From: Octopus bimaculoides
Lineage: Eukaryota
Assembly (NCBI RefSeq): GCF_001194135.2
Contig: NC_068986.1
Span: 21,923,655-21,964,600, forward strand
Direction of reading: 5' to 3'
Length of the DNA: 40,946 nt
The translations under genes were made by a program, and so were the position numbers. Position 1 is the stretch's first letter. Every line of letters starts with the position of its first letter. Shown one piece after another: positions 1 through 11,529 of this stretch. The notes under the pieces are model-generated. The model worked only from the letters and a program-made list of their open reading frames with translations. It ran no database searches and was not told the origin of the DNA.

Positions 1-42
<42 letters not shown>
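1..42. repeat. (CA)n microsatellite
   Basis: Perfect CA repeat at the window start. Confidence 0.95.
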
Positions 43-43
<1 letters not shown>

Positions 44-44
<1 letters not shown>

Positions 45-520
45 ATCATCATCATAGTTTAATGTCCGCATTCCACAGAGCTGGCTAGGGTGAAGCCTGC
101 ACCAGACTTCTGTGACTGTTTTGGCAGGATTTTTACAGCTGGATGAAGCCCTTCTTAACACCAACCACTAAGCAGAGTGGATTTGGTGCATTTTCCATGG
201 CACAATCACAGGTGAGGTGAGTAGTGATTTTTACATGGCACAAGCACAGGCAAGATCAGTTTTGGCAAGGTTTTTACAGCTGAATGCCCTTCCGAACACC
301 AACCACTTTACAGTGTGGACTGTGTGCTTTTAAGTGGCACCTGCACTGACAGGGTCACCAAGTACTTGCAAGACAAAAAAACTTTCAGGAGGGGAGGAAG
401 CATTGGAGGAGGTGTTCTTGAGTTGGATGATGAAAAGGTTATAGTGAGACAGAAATAGGTGTCTTGCTGTATAGGAAGTACAAGGTTACCCGGCCAGAGA
501 GAGAGAAAGATCAGGAATGA
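44..520 (-). mobile_element. RTE-tail retroposon fragment (RTE 3'UTR or RTE-mobilised SINE)
   Basis: catcatcatcat tail, then tttaatgtccgcattcca and two internal copies of the ggatgcccttcctaacaccaaccact module also seen in the RTE 3'UTR at 39290-39330. Confidence 0.75.
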
Positions 521-563
521 AGATAGAAAGATGTATTTCCACAAAGGAAATACATGATTACCC

Positions 564-687
564 AACCTGTACAATTCCATACCTCATGGAATTCAAGCTG
601 TAATTACTGCCAAAGGCAGTTCTACTCCATATTAAAATAAATTTGTTAGAAATTTTAAGGTGTTTCCATTATTTTGTTCAACCCCTG
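564..687 (+). mobile_element. Tc1-family DNA transposon 3' end with right TIR
   Basis: Encodes NLYNSIPHGIQAVITAKGSSTPY* (Tc1 C-terminus). Ends ...ttattttgttcaacccctg followed by TA at 688-689. Same family as 10351-10798. Confidence 0.85.
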
Positions 688-690
688 TAT

Positions 691-722
<32 letters not shown>

Positions 723-798
723 AAACACATACACACACACATACATACATACATACATACACACATACATACACACATACATACATACATACACACAC
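688..798. repeat. (CA)n/(TACA)n compound microsatellite
   Basis: Direct inspection. Confidence 0.9.
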
Positions 799-1132
799 AA
801 AGATCTGACATAATCCAACTCAGTAGCCCCAATTGCATAATCCTAAGTACCAGGATACAGTAATCCAGGTGTGTGACACTCCAAGAAATAAGGTATTCCA
901 ATAAGTACCCGTTTTGACTGGATAGATGTAGAAGTAAGTCCATGGACTTGCAATGACTACATGGTGAAGAACAAAATGATATAAAAAGAAGACAGGTGAA
1001 GTTTGTAGTCAAAATTACTAGTCTGACACTCGGTGAAATGGAAAGAGTGAATGTGACATTGTCCTTCCTTGGAATAGGATATACAGTGGGAAGAGAGAAG
1101 AAAAAAAACAAGAATAAAGAAAAATAAATATA

Positions 1133-1628
1133 GGCGCAGGAGTGGCTCTGTGGTAAGTAGCTTGCTTACCAACCACATGGTTGCGGGCTCATTCCCACTG
1201 CGTGGCACCTTGGGTAAGTGACTTCTACTATAGCCTTGGGCCGAAGAAAGCCTTGTGAGTGGAATTGGTAGACGGAAACTGAAAGAAGCCCGTCGTATAT
1301 ATGTATATATGTATATGTGTGTATATGTTTGTGTGTGTGTTTGTCCCCCCAACATTGCTTGACAACCGATGGTGGTGTGTTTACGTCCCCGTAACATAGC
1401 GGTTCAGCAAAAGAGACCAATAGAATAAGTACNNNNNNNNNNGCTTGACAACCGATGGTGGTGTGTTTACGTCCCCGTAACATAGCGGTTCAGCAAAAGA
1501 GACCAATAGAATAAGTACTAGGCATCCAAAGAATAAGTCCTGGGGTCGATTTGCTCAACTAAAGGCAGTGCTCCAGCATGGCTGCAGTCAAATGACTGAA
1601 ACAAGTAAAAGAGTAAAGAGCAAAGAGT
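1133..1628 (+). mobile_element. tRNA-derived SINE family A, full length (head, internal microsatellite, 3' module)
   Basis: Head ggcgcaggagtggctctgtggtaag (A-box-like) and ggttgcgggctcattccc (B-box-like), internal (TA/TG)n, 3' module ending gtcaaatgactgaaacaagtaaaagagtaaagag. Many other copies in the window. Confidence 0.85.
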
Positions 1629-2184
1629 ATAAGGATTCAGCCAGGAAGGATTGCTTGTGTGAAGCTGGTGTATATGATGACTATTGACACTGTGTATGCT
1701 GGGCTCTCTGCAGATATAGACACTTGGGACATGCTGTATGTTTTAGCAAGTGCTATCTTAAGATGGGTGCTATGGATGCTGCAGTATCAGGTGGCCAATT
1801 AATATAATCCATCTATTTTCCTCACCCTTCACTTGGCCTATCAGAAACTGCACTGGATCACAAGATCTCAAAAGACAAAGAGTAACCTTTGTGTGATCGC
1901 CCCTTGCCAACTTCAGTTTGGTCACTCCAAGTGAACCTCTAATGTGGTGATTACAAGCCAACCTCTTGGTTGATCCACACCACTGCATGTTCATTTCAAG
2001 TCAATGAACAAGTCTTTACATTGTTGCTCTGAGTCAATGTAGAAGTTTCTTCCTTCTGTCTGCTAGAAATAGCAGCCAAATTTCCCTCAGGTCAAACCCT
2101 ACCATCTTAGAAAAGCAGAACATGCTGCATAATATGGACCTGGGTTTACTGTGCCAGGATTGACACAGACGGAATACCCCGAAT

Positions 2185-2364
2185 CCTTTAGCAGTTAAAC
2201 CAACTATATCAAACCTAAATATTCTACCCGTTTTATATTCAAACTAGCCAGATCCCACCTCTCACACCTACTCTACAATGTCGCTAAGAATAAACAATCA
2301 CATAGGATTAATTTAAAACAATAAGAATAACCAAGTTTAACAGAGTTAACTGAATGCCAAAGGG
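2185..2364 (-). mobile_element. piggyBac-like TTAA MITE family 1 (degenerate)
   Basis: Reverse-complement homolog of 13650-13869; ends cctttagca...tgccaaaggg. Confidence 0.65.
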
Positions 2365-2866
2365 TTACTCCTAACTGTTTCATCTGGGTTAAACAACTAA
2401 AAAAATATATTTTTATTCAAACCCTATAAACAAGTAAAAATTAGTTCAATAGAGACAGAGTTTATGGCTTAGTATGTTCGGTTCAAAGTCCTACTAAACA
2501 CATATTTACTGGTTATGAATTGCAAACCTAGAATAGTAAGTATCTTAAGCAGTTGTGGAAAGTATGTCAAGAACTTGCGATTGTCGCTTGATATTGCAAA
2601 GTCTCTTATTAAAAGGCACCGTGTACAAATATCTGCTTGCTGAGATAGTGTTGATAACAGTCACAGATGAAGTGTTTTAGAATTTGTCATGACGTCATTG
2701 AAAAATAACGAACTTAAAAACTGAGGTTGATGATGACGAAGACAATAACAATAATGATAATTACATATGATGTTTAAATATTATAGTTATTAAATAAGAA
2801 CATATTTCTAAGAATACCTGTTCAAAAAAAAAAGAAGAAAAAAGAAAAAGATGATTATCATCAATT

Positions 2867-3075
2867 ATCATCATCATCGCTTAATATCTGTTTTCCATGT
2901 TGGTATGGGTTGGACAGTTTGACAGGAGCTAGCCTGCTGAAGAGCTGTCCAGATACCAAATTGTTTGTTGTGGCATGGTTTGTATAACTGGATGCCTTTC
3001 CTAATGCCAACCACTTTACAGAGTGTGCTGGGTGCTTTTTATGTGCCACCAGCATAGGTGTGTTCATGCAACTCT
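2867..3075 (-). mobile_element. RTE 3'UTR fragment
   Basis: catcatcatcgcttaatatctgttttccatgttggtatgggttggac...ggatgcctttcctaatgccaaccact. Confidence 0.8.
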
Positions 3076-3782
3076 CAATACACACAAGTGCATTTTATGT
3101 AAAACCACACTACAGACTTGGTCACCTATGTAGAGGAAGCTATCAACTACTTCTAGTTTCTCTCCCTGGCATGTGTAAATAAATGTGCACAAATGCATTT
3201 TCTTTTACAAAGAGTAGATATAGATATACAGTAAAGTACAAAGAAGGGTAATTGAGTTATAATCTGAAAGTGGCAATGTGCCTATAGAACAGGGACTCCT
3301 AACCTTTCCTATGATCTGAACCCCTACGAAATGTCTGATTAATTTTCATACCCTCCACCCCATCTACAAAAGAAATATCACATATAAAGATGAAAAATGT
3401 TTTTTTTTTTTAATAACTAGCCTTTTTTTTTATATTTTAAATATAACCACATACAGTACTAAGGGGGTAAAGAAATAAAACTAGAAAAATAAGCATAAAA
3501 ATTTGCGTAAAATGCAAATGTAAACTGAGCCATTAGAAAAATTGTAAGCAGTAAAATTAATTATATATCATAAACTCTTAATAGTTTTCTTCTGAAAAGT
3601 GATTTAAATAAAGTACATGTTTCCTCTCTTTGTGAAAACACTGAAATGCTATCCTGTACTCCTTGGAATGCAGCCACTCCAGATTGGAAAACCTTGCTTG
3701 CTATGGAGCGATTTAAAGTGCACTTCACTATGCTTGCATGGATCAAACAGAATTCAGTGAGGCAAATTTTCTAGTCATAAGC

Positions 3783-3975
3783 CCTTCTGATCACCAATGC
3801 TCACTTGTTTCCAAGAAAAGTAATATTTTCTAATGGCTGGACATGTTTTCACAAAAGACTGAAAATGAGAGGCACCGCTTGTATGACAGCAACATTTCTT
3901 GATAACTAGCACATAATGTCAAGACAAGGAGGGAGGGCAAGGAAGGGACGCTTTCGCACGCGCACACGCACACAC
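3783..3975 (-). mobile_element. RTE-tail SINE-like family E fragment
   Basis: cacttgtttccaagaaaagtaatattttctaatggctggacatg...gtcaagacaagg; homologous to 6170-6425 and 33225-33440. Confidence 0.6.
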
Positions 3976-4404
3976 ACACAAAAAAAGGCTTTGCATCTGT
4001 CTATCAAATCCATTCACAAAGCTTTATAAATACATGAATTTAAATATATGATGTTTTATTATGGGTAGTGGCATGTCAAAATAAATCTTAAAGAATGAGC
4101 TAGCGTTTCTGCAGAGGCTTCAGCACATATTCCATGCCGCTGCAATATAAATAAACGAACACGAAAACCATTGTTGTGTAAGTTGGGGGTGAATGACAAG
4201 AAACAAAATATGATTTCACATGACTTTTGCGTCAACGTAAATCCCATCTCAATAGCAGATAAAGTATTGGTAACAGTCTCCCATTTCAAGTATATTATTA
4301 CTGGAATTTATTCAATGTCATAATCACAAGAGCATTAACACAGATGTATATCAAATACTTCTCAAATGTGTAATTTCCATCAGAAAATAGTCCAAGTAAG
4401 AAAT

Positions 4405-4590
4405 ACTAAACTATGGCTGTCTGGTGAAAAAATTTCTTTAACAACCAAAGTCCTGGGTTTTATTGCATTATGGAGCATTTTCCCAAAGTGCAATGCAGTG
4501 GAATCAAAACCTTAACTTTAACTGTCTTTAAGCCTTGTGTTGACCAATACTTGTGGAGTGAAATTTGGTAGATGGAAACAGTATTGAAAC
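4405..4590 (+). mobile_element. SINE family A head, degenerate
   Basis: atggctgtctggtgaaaaa...gccttgtgttgaccaatacttgtggagtgaaatttggtagatggaaac. Confidence 0.6.
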
Positions 4591-4602
4591 TTATTACATA
4601 TA

Positions 4603-5460
4603 TCATCATCATTGTCATTATTTAGCATCCACTTTCCATGCTGGCATGGGTTAGATGGTTTGATTGGAACTGGTACGCCAGAGAGCTGTACCAGGGGCAA
4701 ATCTGATTTTGGCTTGGTTTCTATGGCTGGATGCCCTCCTTAACACCAACCACTCCAAGAGTGTAGTGGGTACCTTTGCTGTGTCACTGGCATGGGTGCT
4801 TTTACATGTCACCAGCACAGGTTCCACTGGCACGAGTGCTGTTATGTGTCACCAGTACTGGCCACAACTACAATTTCACTTGACAAGTCTTCTCAAGCAC
4901 AACAAATCTCCAAAGGTCTTGATCACTTGTCATTGCCTCCATGAGGTCCAACTTTCAAAGATCATGCTTCATCACATCCCATGTCTTTCTGCGTCTACCT
5001 CTTCCACAGGTTCCCTCCAGTTAGAGAGCAGAACTTTCTTTACACAGCTGTCCTCATTATACGCATCACATGACCATACCAGCGCAGTCATCTCTCTTGC
5101 ACAACATATCTGATGCGTCTTCTGCCCAACTTTTCTCTCAAGATGCTTACACTGTCATACATGCACACTGATAATGCACATCCAGTGAAACATACTAGCC
5201 TCATTTCTTTCAAGCCTTCACATGCCCTCTGCAATCACAGCCCATGTTTCACTGCTGTGTAGCATGGCTGTTCACACACAGGCATCATACAATCTACTTT
5301 TCACTCTGAGAAAGAGGCCCATTGTTACCAGCAAAGGTAGAAGCTCTCTGGACTTTGCCCAGCCCATTCTTATTCTAGCAACTATGCTCTCGGAACATCC
5401 ACTTCCACTGCTGACTTTGGTCATCTAGATAACAGAAGTTACTGACTACTTCCAGGTATC
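4603..5460 (-). mobile_element. RTE-clade LINE, 5'-truncated (ORF2 C-terminus plus 3'UTR), pseudogenised
   Basis: Minus-strand translation with stops and frameshifts gives GSGCSESIVARIRMGWAKSRELLPLLVTMGLFLRVKSRLYDACV...SETWAV...RLERNEASM...WYGHVMR, typical of RTE ORF2 downstream of the RT domain; (GAT)n tail. Confidence 0.9.
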
Positions 5461-5606
5461 CCCACTGGCACTTGATGGAGTCTATTTTCTGTACATTTCT
5501 AGTGTTTACCATACCTGTACATCTGCCACATACAAAGACTATTTTCCCAGTTAACCTTCCTGTGATAATGCTGCACCTCTTATGTGTCCATGACTTGCAC
5601 CGGATA

Positions 5607-5910
5607 CATCAACATCACCACCACCACCATTCAACACGTTTTTTTATGCTTGGATGGGTTAAATGGTTAATGAAAGCTGACAAACCAGAGGACTCAATTG
5701 AGCTCCTATGTCAGCTTTGGCATAAATTCTATGGATGGATGCACTTCCTAATTCCTACAACTCTACAAAGTGTACTGGGGGCTTTTTTTCATGGCACCAG
5801 CACTAGTGAGGTTACCAAAAGACAAAACCCCTCAGCTGAGTAGGGGAGTAGTATTGATGGAAGTAGCTTTGTGCAAGTGAGAGACAGGAACAGGAGTCTA
5901 GCAATAGAAA
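5607..5910 (-). mobile_element. RTE-tail retroposon fragment
   Basis: tttttatgcttggatgggttaaatgg...ggatgcacttcctaattcc...catggcaccagcactagtgagg. Confidence 0.65.
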
Positions 5911-6169
5911 AGGCACATTTATCTTTTTTACAGCATAGGACAAGAACCAGAACATACCAACAGAAAAGCCTACAGTATACAAGTCCAACTGAATTATCTG
6001 TCTTTATGTTAATGTCCACTTATATTTCATGTCTCATGAGGATCATGAAATAAGAACCCAGATAAAGTACTTGAAAATGACTAAAACCAGCAAGAAAATA
6101 ATTAATGAAAGATATAACAGCCACTTAGCATTATATTCCATCTAGCAAAATTTGTTGAGTTTTATGTTC

Positions 6170-6425
6170 TTTTTTCCATGTTAGCATGGGTTAGATGAAT
6201 ATATTATTGAGGTGTTGCAACCTAGATATATTATAGTTGGATGTCCTTCCTGTTACTAACCCTTATCTGTTTCTCAAATGAGGGATATCTTATTCCATGT
6301 CTTTGAAGAGCACGAAGTCAGTAAGCAAACTTATGAGAGGGGAAATGATAGCAACATCACAGCCTTTAGCTGAGTGTTTAGTCTACACAACTGTAGACAA
6401 ACAAACACACACACATACACACACA
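6170..6425 (-). mobile_element. RTE-tail SINE-like family E fragment
   Basis: ttttccatgttagcatgggttagatg...ggatgtccttcctgttactaaccctt, ending in (CA)n. Confidence 0.6.
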
Positions 6426-6584
6426 TTATAGGAGCAAGCATGGTTTCAGGTTCAGTTCCACTGCGTGACACCTCCAGCCCCACAATGTGGCAAGTGTTGT
6501 CTCCAACCATACAGCCACACCAACACCTTGATGTGGAAATTTAAAACTATGTTTCCCTTTAAATATTCTTTCTACAGTGGGCAC

Positions 6585-6765
6585 AAGGGTTGAAATTGGT
6601 GAGGGGTGCAATTGATTACATCAACCCCCAGTGCTCAACTGGTACTTATTTTATCGACCACCAAAAAATAAAAGGCAAAGTTGACCCTTGGTGCAATTTG
6701 ATCTCAGGATGTAAAGTCAGAAGCATTTTGCTTGATGTGTTAAAGATGCTACCAGCTTACCACCT
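6585..6765 (-). mobile_element. tRNA-derived SINE family C
   Basis: ctggtacttattttatcgacc...aaaggcaaagttgaccttggtgcaatttgatctcag is the reverse complement of the 16692-16915 core. Confidence 0.75.
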
Positions 6766-6770
6766 TTGTT

Positions 6771-6965
6771 CCCATTAGCATTCAGATTACTTTGTTTTGA
6801 ATTAATCATTCATTATCTTGTAGCTTTTAGATTTCAATGATGTGGTTGTTCATTTTTAGAATGACATTGTAGGTTAGGTGCGAGAGGCTTGAGATGGCAA
6901 GTTTGAAGATAAAATAAGTAGAATATTTGGGCTGGATATGAGCAGTTTAAATGCTAAAAGGTCAA
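6771..6965 (+). mobile_element. piggyBac-like TTAA MITE family 1
   Basis: ttagcattcagattac...ttatcttgtagc...aatgacattgtaggttaggtgcgagagg...aatgctaaaagg; homologous to 13650-13869. Confidence 0.7.
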
Positions 6966-7143
6966 ATGTAAAATGTAATACACAGGTACAGATGCCTTCT
7001 TTAAAAGACCACTCTTTGGAAAACAGCAAAATTACAGCATAAAGAAACCTTTGTTTACTTTATAAGACAATAGATGAATGACAACATACATTATTTATGA
7101 GATAAAATGGATCATGATGTTTACTTGATTAATATCTGAGAAG

Positions 7144-7237
7144 TTATGAATAATGATTCATTAAGCTCTGTTGAGAGACATGCTCAACCAAGCTGTTTTG
7201 AAGCCACTGTCCATCACCTTTAATGTCAATCAATATG
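7144..7237 (-). CDS. Candidate terminal coding exon of an unidentified minus-strand gene
   Basis: Acceptor ctctgtatttgttctag| then one base plus ILIDIKGDGQWLQNSLVEHVSQQSLMNHYS*; the other two frames close at once; not matched to any repeat in the window. No homolog recognised. Confidence 0.25.
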
Positions 7238-8384
7238 CTAGAACAAATACAGAGTTACTAGATTATAATGCAATCTTTAAAACATTTAAACCAAAACGGT
7301 GACCATACAAGACCAAAACTTATGAAAAGGGCCTGGAATTAAAAAGAGCTCAGAGTAAATATAATATAAATCAAATAAATGCTAACATGTGATAACATGT
7401 CTAAATCATAAAGACACATAAACATGGAAACAGCTTAGTTTCGTTTTTGCAAATCAGTTGTGAGTAGGCAACATAACGTTAACAGATGCAGAACAAATGC
7501 AACAAAATTTGTAACACTAACTTGAAGTGTATGATTCATATATTAATTACATGAGCTGGCAATAACAGAATAAAATGCCTACAGCAATGAACTATAATCC
7601 CTTGCAAACTAAGGCCAACTTTTACCTCTCTGGGTTAATAAATTAGAGTCCCAGATGAGTACCCGAATCAATTAGATATTTCTATAAGGCATTGTATATG
7701 TAAATGAAGTTTTAATTATGATACGAATATAGCAGTTGGGCTACATATAGCAGTTGGGCTACAAGTGTTTGTTTCTGTTTTTTAAGTTGACAATGATGTC
7801 TGCATTGCTTACTACTACTGCTGAAAAATTTAATTAATAATGGAAGAAATGTAAGGAAGTGACAGAAACGAAGGGAGATAATTTGAGGGCAGCATTACAA
7901 TTTAACAGTGCAAAAATATTATTTAAAAATATAAAATAGTGTAGGAGTGAATAAAGAGCAGGGTGTGAATATGTCGTCTAAATGTTGTTCAGTACAAAGT
8001 CAGTCCTGATCAAACAGGCCCATAATCAAAGGCATTACAACCATGACCACCTCATCTTAGGCACAGTGCACCAAGGACAACGTTATACAACATACTTCTT
8101 TTAAGCCAGTAGGGTGTAATTTGAGAGAAATTTAGTTGCTATTTCTAGAAGACGGAGCAACCATGTAAAGGCTCCGCTGTAATTAGTGTAGAAAAATATG
8201 GCAATTATAATAATTAGCAAGAAATGATATTTTTAAAAAACAACAAAAACAAGTAATTTTATTCTATATCATTAGGCACCACTCAGGTCAAACTAATCAA
8301 CACCAGTACAAGTCTAATTTTTGTAACTATTATAAAAATAGACTTCACATAAACAAAAGCTGTTTTCTTCCTTTGTTATAATAC

Positions 8385-8560
8385 AGTTTATTTATTTATG
8401 GGTTTCAGCCAAGTGGCTGTGGTCATGCTGGAGCACCACCGTGAAGTCAAATAAATGCAAAGACCAAGAGGGTATTTCAATGGTTATAGATCAGGGTGCA
8501 CTGTTCCTTTTCACTTGTTTCAGTCATTTGGATTGTGGCCATGTTGGGACACTACCTTGT
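8385..8560 (-). mobile_element. SINE family A 3' module
   Basis: ggtcatgctggagcaccacc and cttgtttcagtcatttggattgtggccatgttggg. Confidence 0.65.
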
Positions 8561-8625
8561 TTGTTTGCTTTTTTTATATATCTTTTAATCAGGAAGGGCA
8601 ATACTTGAGAACGTTTACAAGGCTA

Positions 8626-8627
<2 letters not shown>

Positions 8628-8690
<63 letters not shown>

Positions 8691-8738
8691 NNNNNNNNNN
8701 NNNNNNNNNNNNNNNNNNNNNNNNNNNNNNNNNNNNNN

Positions 8739-8790
<52 letters not shown>

Positions 8791-8791
8791 G
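8628..8791. repeat. (GA)n microsatellite spanning an assembly gap
   Basis: Direct inspection. Confidence 0.95.
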
Positions 8792-10350
8792 AAGGTGTCC
8801 TCAAATCCGAGGCCTAATCCAAAATGCTTGCAAAAATGAAAAGCACCCATTAAAAGCGCTCATGGGTCAGGTGGTGATGTTAAACCACGCAGAGAATTGC
8901 CTACCATCCAAGTAGGCTGGGATTTGAACTTTGGACACCAAGTGTTGAAATGAATGCTGCAAAGTAACTCGTCTGATATTCAAACATTTCTGATAGTTCA
9001 CTCTTGTAGAGAGGTATTTCATTTAGCAACCCTAGAGGAATGGAAGGCAAAGCTGACACCAACTGGAATTGAAACCAGAATGCAAAACATCTCATCTGAC
9101 ACTGTAACAACTAGGCCAGTGTAATCCGAAGCATAAAGCAGTCAATCCAATAATACTCCATAAATTTCAAGGTTGAGTGGTTGTAAATATGAGAGAAAAT
9201 CAGTTGAAAAAGGTTTATAGTAAAATTTATGCAGATATTTATACATGCTACACCATTTTATCAGTGAAATAACATTCGTTGTTGACAATGGTAAGACAAT
9301 ATATAAGAAAGAGATAAGAGAAATACAAGTAATTAACTATTTCAACAGAATATGAGTATGAAGAAACACCTCCACAGACTTGAATGAGGGGGCCAACTTT
9401 ACCGATTAAAGTAATTAGGAAATAAACACTAATCAGTAGAAATGTACAGGTAGGCCTGAATTAATCCTGTAATCAATATCAACTGTAACAAAGGTAAAAG
9501 GGATGAAAAGAGAGTGTGCGTGTGAGAGATAGAGAGCTAATGGTGCAGACAATAGAACTAATAGACAAAACTAGAGTATTAATTCATTGCTTCTGTATGC
9601 AAATGAAATGAGCAGGTCCAGACTGTTCTATGGGTGTGTGAGTGTGATGCAGTATGGGAAATGAGGATGCATAAAGGAAAACAAATGACTGACTACAAAT
9701 TGCCTGACCATGAGAAGGCTGCTTTAATATTTCAATTAATTAAGAGATTCATCAGGAGTATGATGTATGACATGACCTTAGGACTTAATCGGTGAAAACA
9801 AACTTTGTGAAAGCTAAAAATAAACTGGGTTTTATGTCAGGTTTCATTTACTGTAAATGCAATGTGAATTAACAGATGGATTACATTTAAACAAGCATTG
9901 TATTGGAGATATCTGCCATAACTCACTAGAAACTGAAACACTATATACATGTGAGGAACAAAGTAAAAACAAAAAATGTAAGAATACCCTATAGAATAAC
10001 ATAATTTATCTAAAAAGATATCTTTTCATCAGGTCACTTCAACTTGTAAACAGAATGTGAGAATATCAATAAAAATGATGTTCACCATGATGACATAAGA
10101 TAATTTTACTATTATTTTTAAAAGTATTAATTTTGAAATCTATATTGGGATGAACTGTTAATTTTCTTTTCTTTAATTAATCGTTTCAAATCTGGCAAGA
10201 AGTCGGCAATTTTATGGGGAGGAGTCAACCAAAACCTTGTGAATGGATTTGGGAGATGGAAACTGAAAGAAGCCTACTGCATGCATGTGTGTGTATGAGT
10301 ATGTATGTATGTACATACATATGTATGTACATGTGTATGTACATATGATC

Positions 10351-10798
10351 GGGGGGGGGGGGCTATATCTCGGAAATTTGCTGACCCAATGGTTTCCCTT
10401 TGTGGCAGAATTAATAGTCAAGACTATGTAAGCATTTTATCTGATCAAATTCATCCTATGGTTGCAGAACTGTTTCTGGAGGGAAGCACAATCTTTCAGG
10501 GTGATAATGCACCAATTAACACAGCTAAAGTTGTTACTAAATGACACGAGGAACATTCTAGTGAAGTTGAACATCTTATCTAGCCACTACAGTCTCCAGA
10601 TCTCAAAATTATTTAACATTTATGCTGCATTTTAGAAAAACAAGTAAGGAGTTGATATCATCCACCATCATCACTACAAGAACTGGAGACTGTTTTAGCT
10701 GAAAAATGAACAAAAATTCCTTTGGAAACAATTCAAACTTTGTATAAGTCATAGAATTCAAGCTGTAATTACTGCCAAAGGCAGTCCTACTCCATATT
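10351..10798 (+). pseudogene. Tc1-family transposase C-terminal remnant (apparent D36E spacing)
   Basis: GAISRKFADPMVSLCGRINSQDYVSILSDQIHPMVAELFLEGSTIFQGDNAPINTAKVVTK*HEEHSSEVEHLI*PLQSPDLKII*HLCCILEKQVRS...IQAVITAKGSPTPY; the stops map to conserved W, W and E positions; truncated by a gap. Confidence 0.9.
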
Positions 10799-11529
10799 NN
10801 NNNNNNNNNNNNNNNNNNNNNNNNNNNNNNNNNNNNNNNNNNNNNNNNNNNNNNNNNNNNNNNNNNNNNNNNNNNNNNNNNNNNNNNNNNNNNNNNNNAG
10901 AAAAGAACTACAATCCGTTACAAGCTATGACCCCCCAGTGGGCTTCATGCCTTTCTTGATACAATAGTGACAACATGTTTTCTTACATCTTCTTGCTGTA
11001 TTTGAGGAAAATTATATTAATGTGTCCAACTGATTAAAAGTCTATTTAGTTGTGCAGCTGATGATAGCCCTGCATTTAAATTAATGTAATGATTGCATTG
11101 TTCAATTAAATGGAGTCGCTTGAAACAGTCACACAGCATCATTTCTTGATATCTTGTTGCTTATTTTCATTTTATACATATATAAGCATAAATATATATA
11201 CATACAGACATCTATTTTTGAACAGGAATTCAGCAGCACCATCTACCTGGGCAGCTACTCTGTGCTAATAAAGAGCCATAACCCAGAAACCGGTTCACAG
11301 ATGCTGCTTTACGCTGAGCTCCCATTCGAAAATATAAGGACACAGATATTGTGTCGTATAACCATCTGGAAACATTTCCTGGGACTAAACAACAGTAATA
11401 TTTGTCCCATCCAGGACAACCACATTATGTTGACAAATAGTCTTTACTTTAAAGCACTGTTACTGAATATCTCTCTTTGAGAGATTTAGAAACAACAATG
11501 TGTCTATATATGTGACCACTACACACATT

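Noticed and set aside
632-1111. 159-aa minus-strand ORF
   Set aside because: Runs through a microsatellite and into the Tc1 TIR; no recognisable domain.
1357-1518. 76-bp exact duplication inside SINE A on either side of a 10-N gap
   Set aside because: Classic unmerged contig-overlap artifact.
4059-4289. Frames open on both strands with a good minus-strand acceptor (ttatattgcag) and a nearby AATAAA
   Set aside because: Peptides are not recognisable and length is within chance for AT-rich DNA; needs RNA evidence.
7727-7762. 18-bp tandem duplication atatagcagttgggctac x2
   Set aside because: Ordinary slippage duplication.
7807-7830. Microexon-like site on the minus strand: tttttcag|CAGTAGTA|gtaagc
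   Set aside because: 8 nt is not frame-preserving, and such motifs arise by chance at this AT content.
8901-9110. 69-aa minus-strand ORF
   Set aside because: Overlaps a diverged SINE C-like core (ggaatggaaggcaaagctgac...ggaattgaaaccagaa).
9921-9940. Microexon-like site on the minus strand: gtttcag|TTTCTA|gtgagt (6 nt)
   Set aside because: Weak polypyrimidine tract; no independent support without RNA-seq.
11240-11262. 21-bp similarity to 15845-15865 (agagtagYtgcccaggtaRa)
   Set aside because: Match length is within chance expectation for a 41-kb self-comparison.
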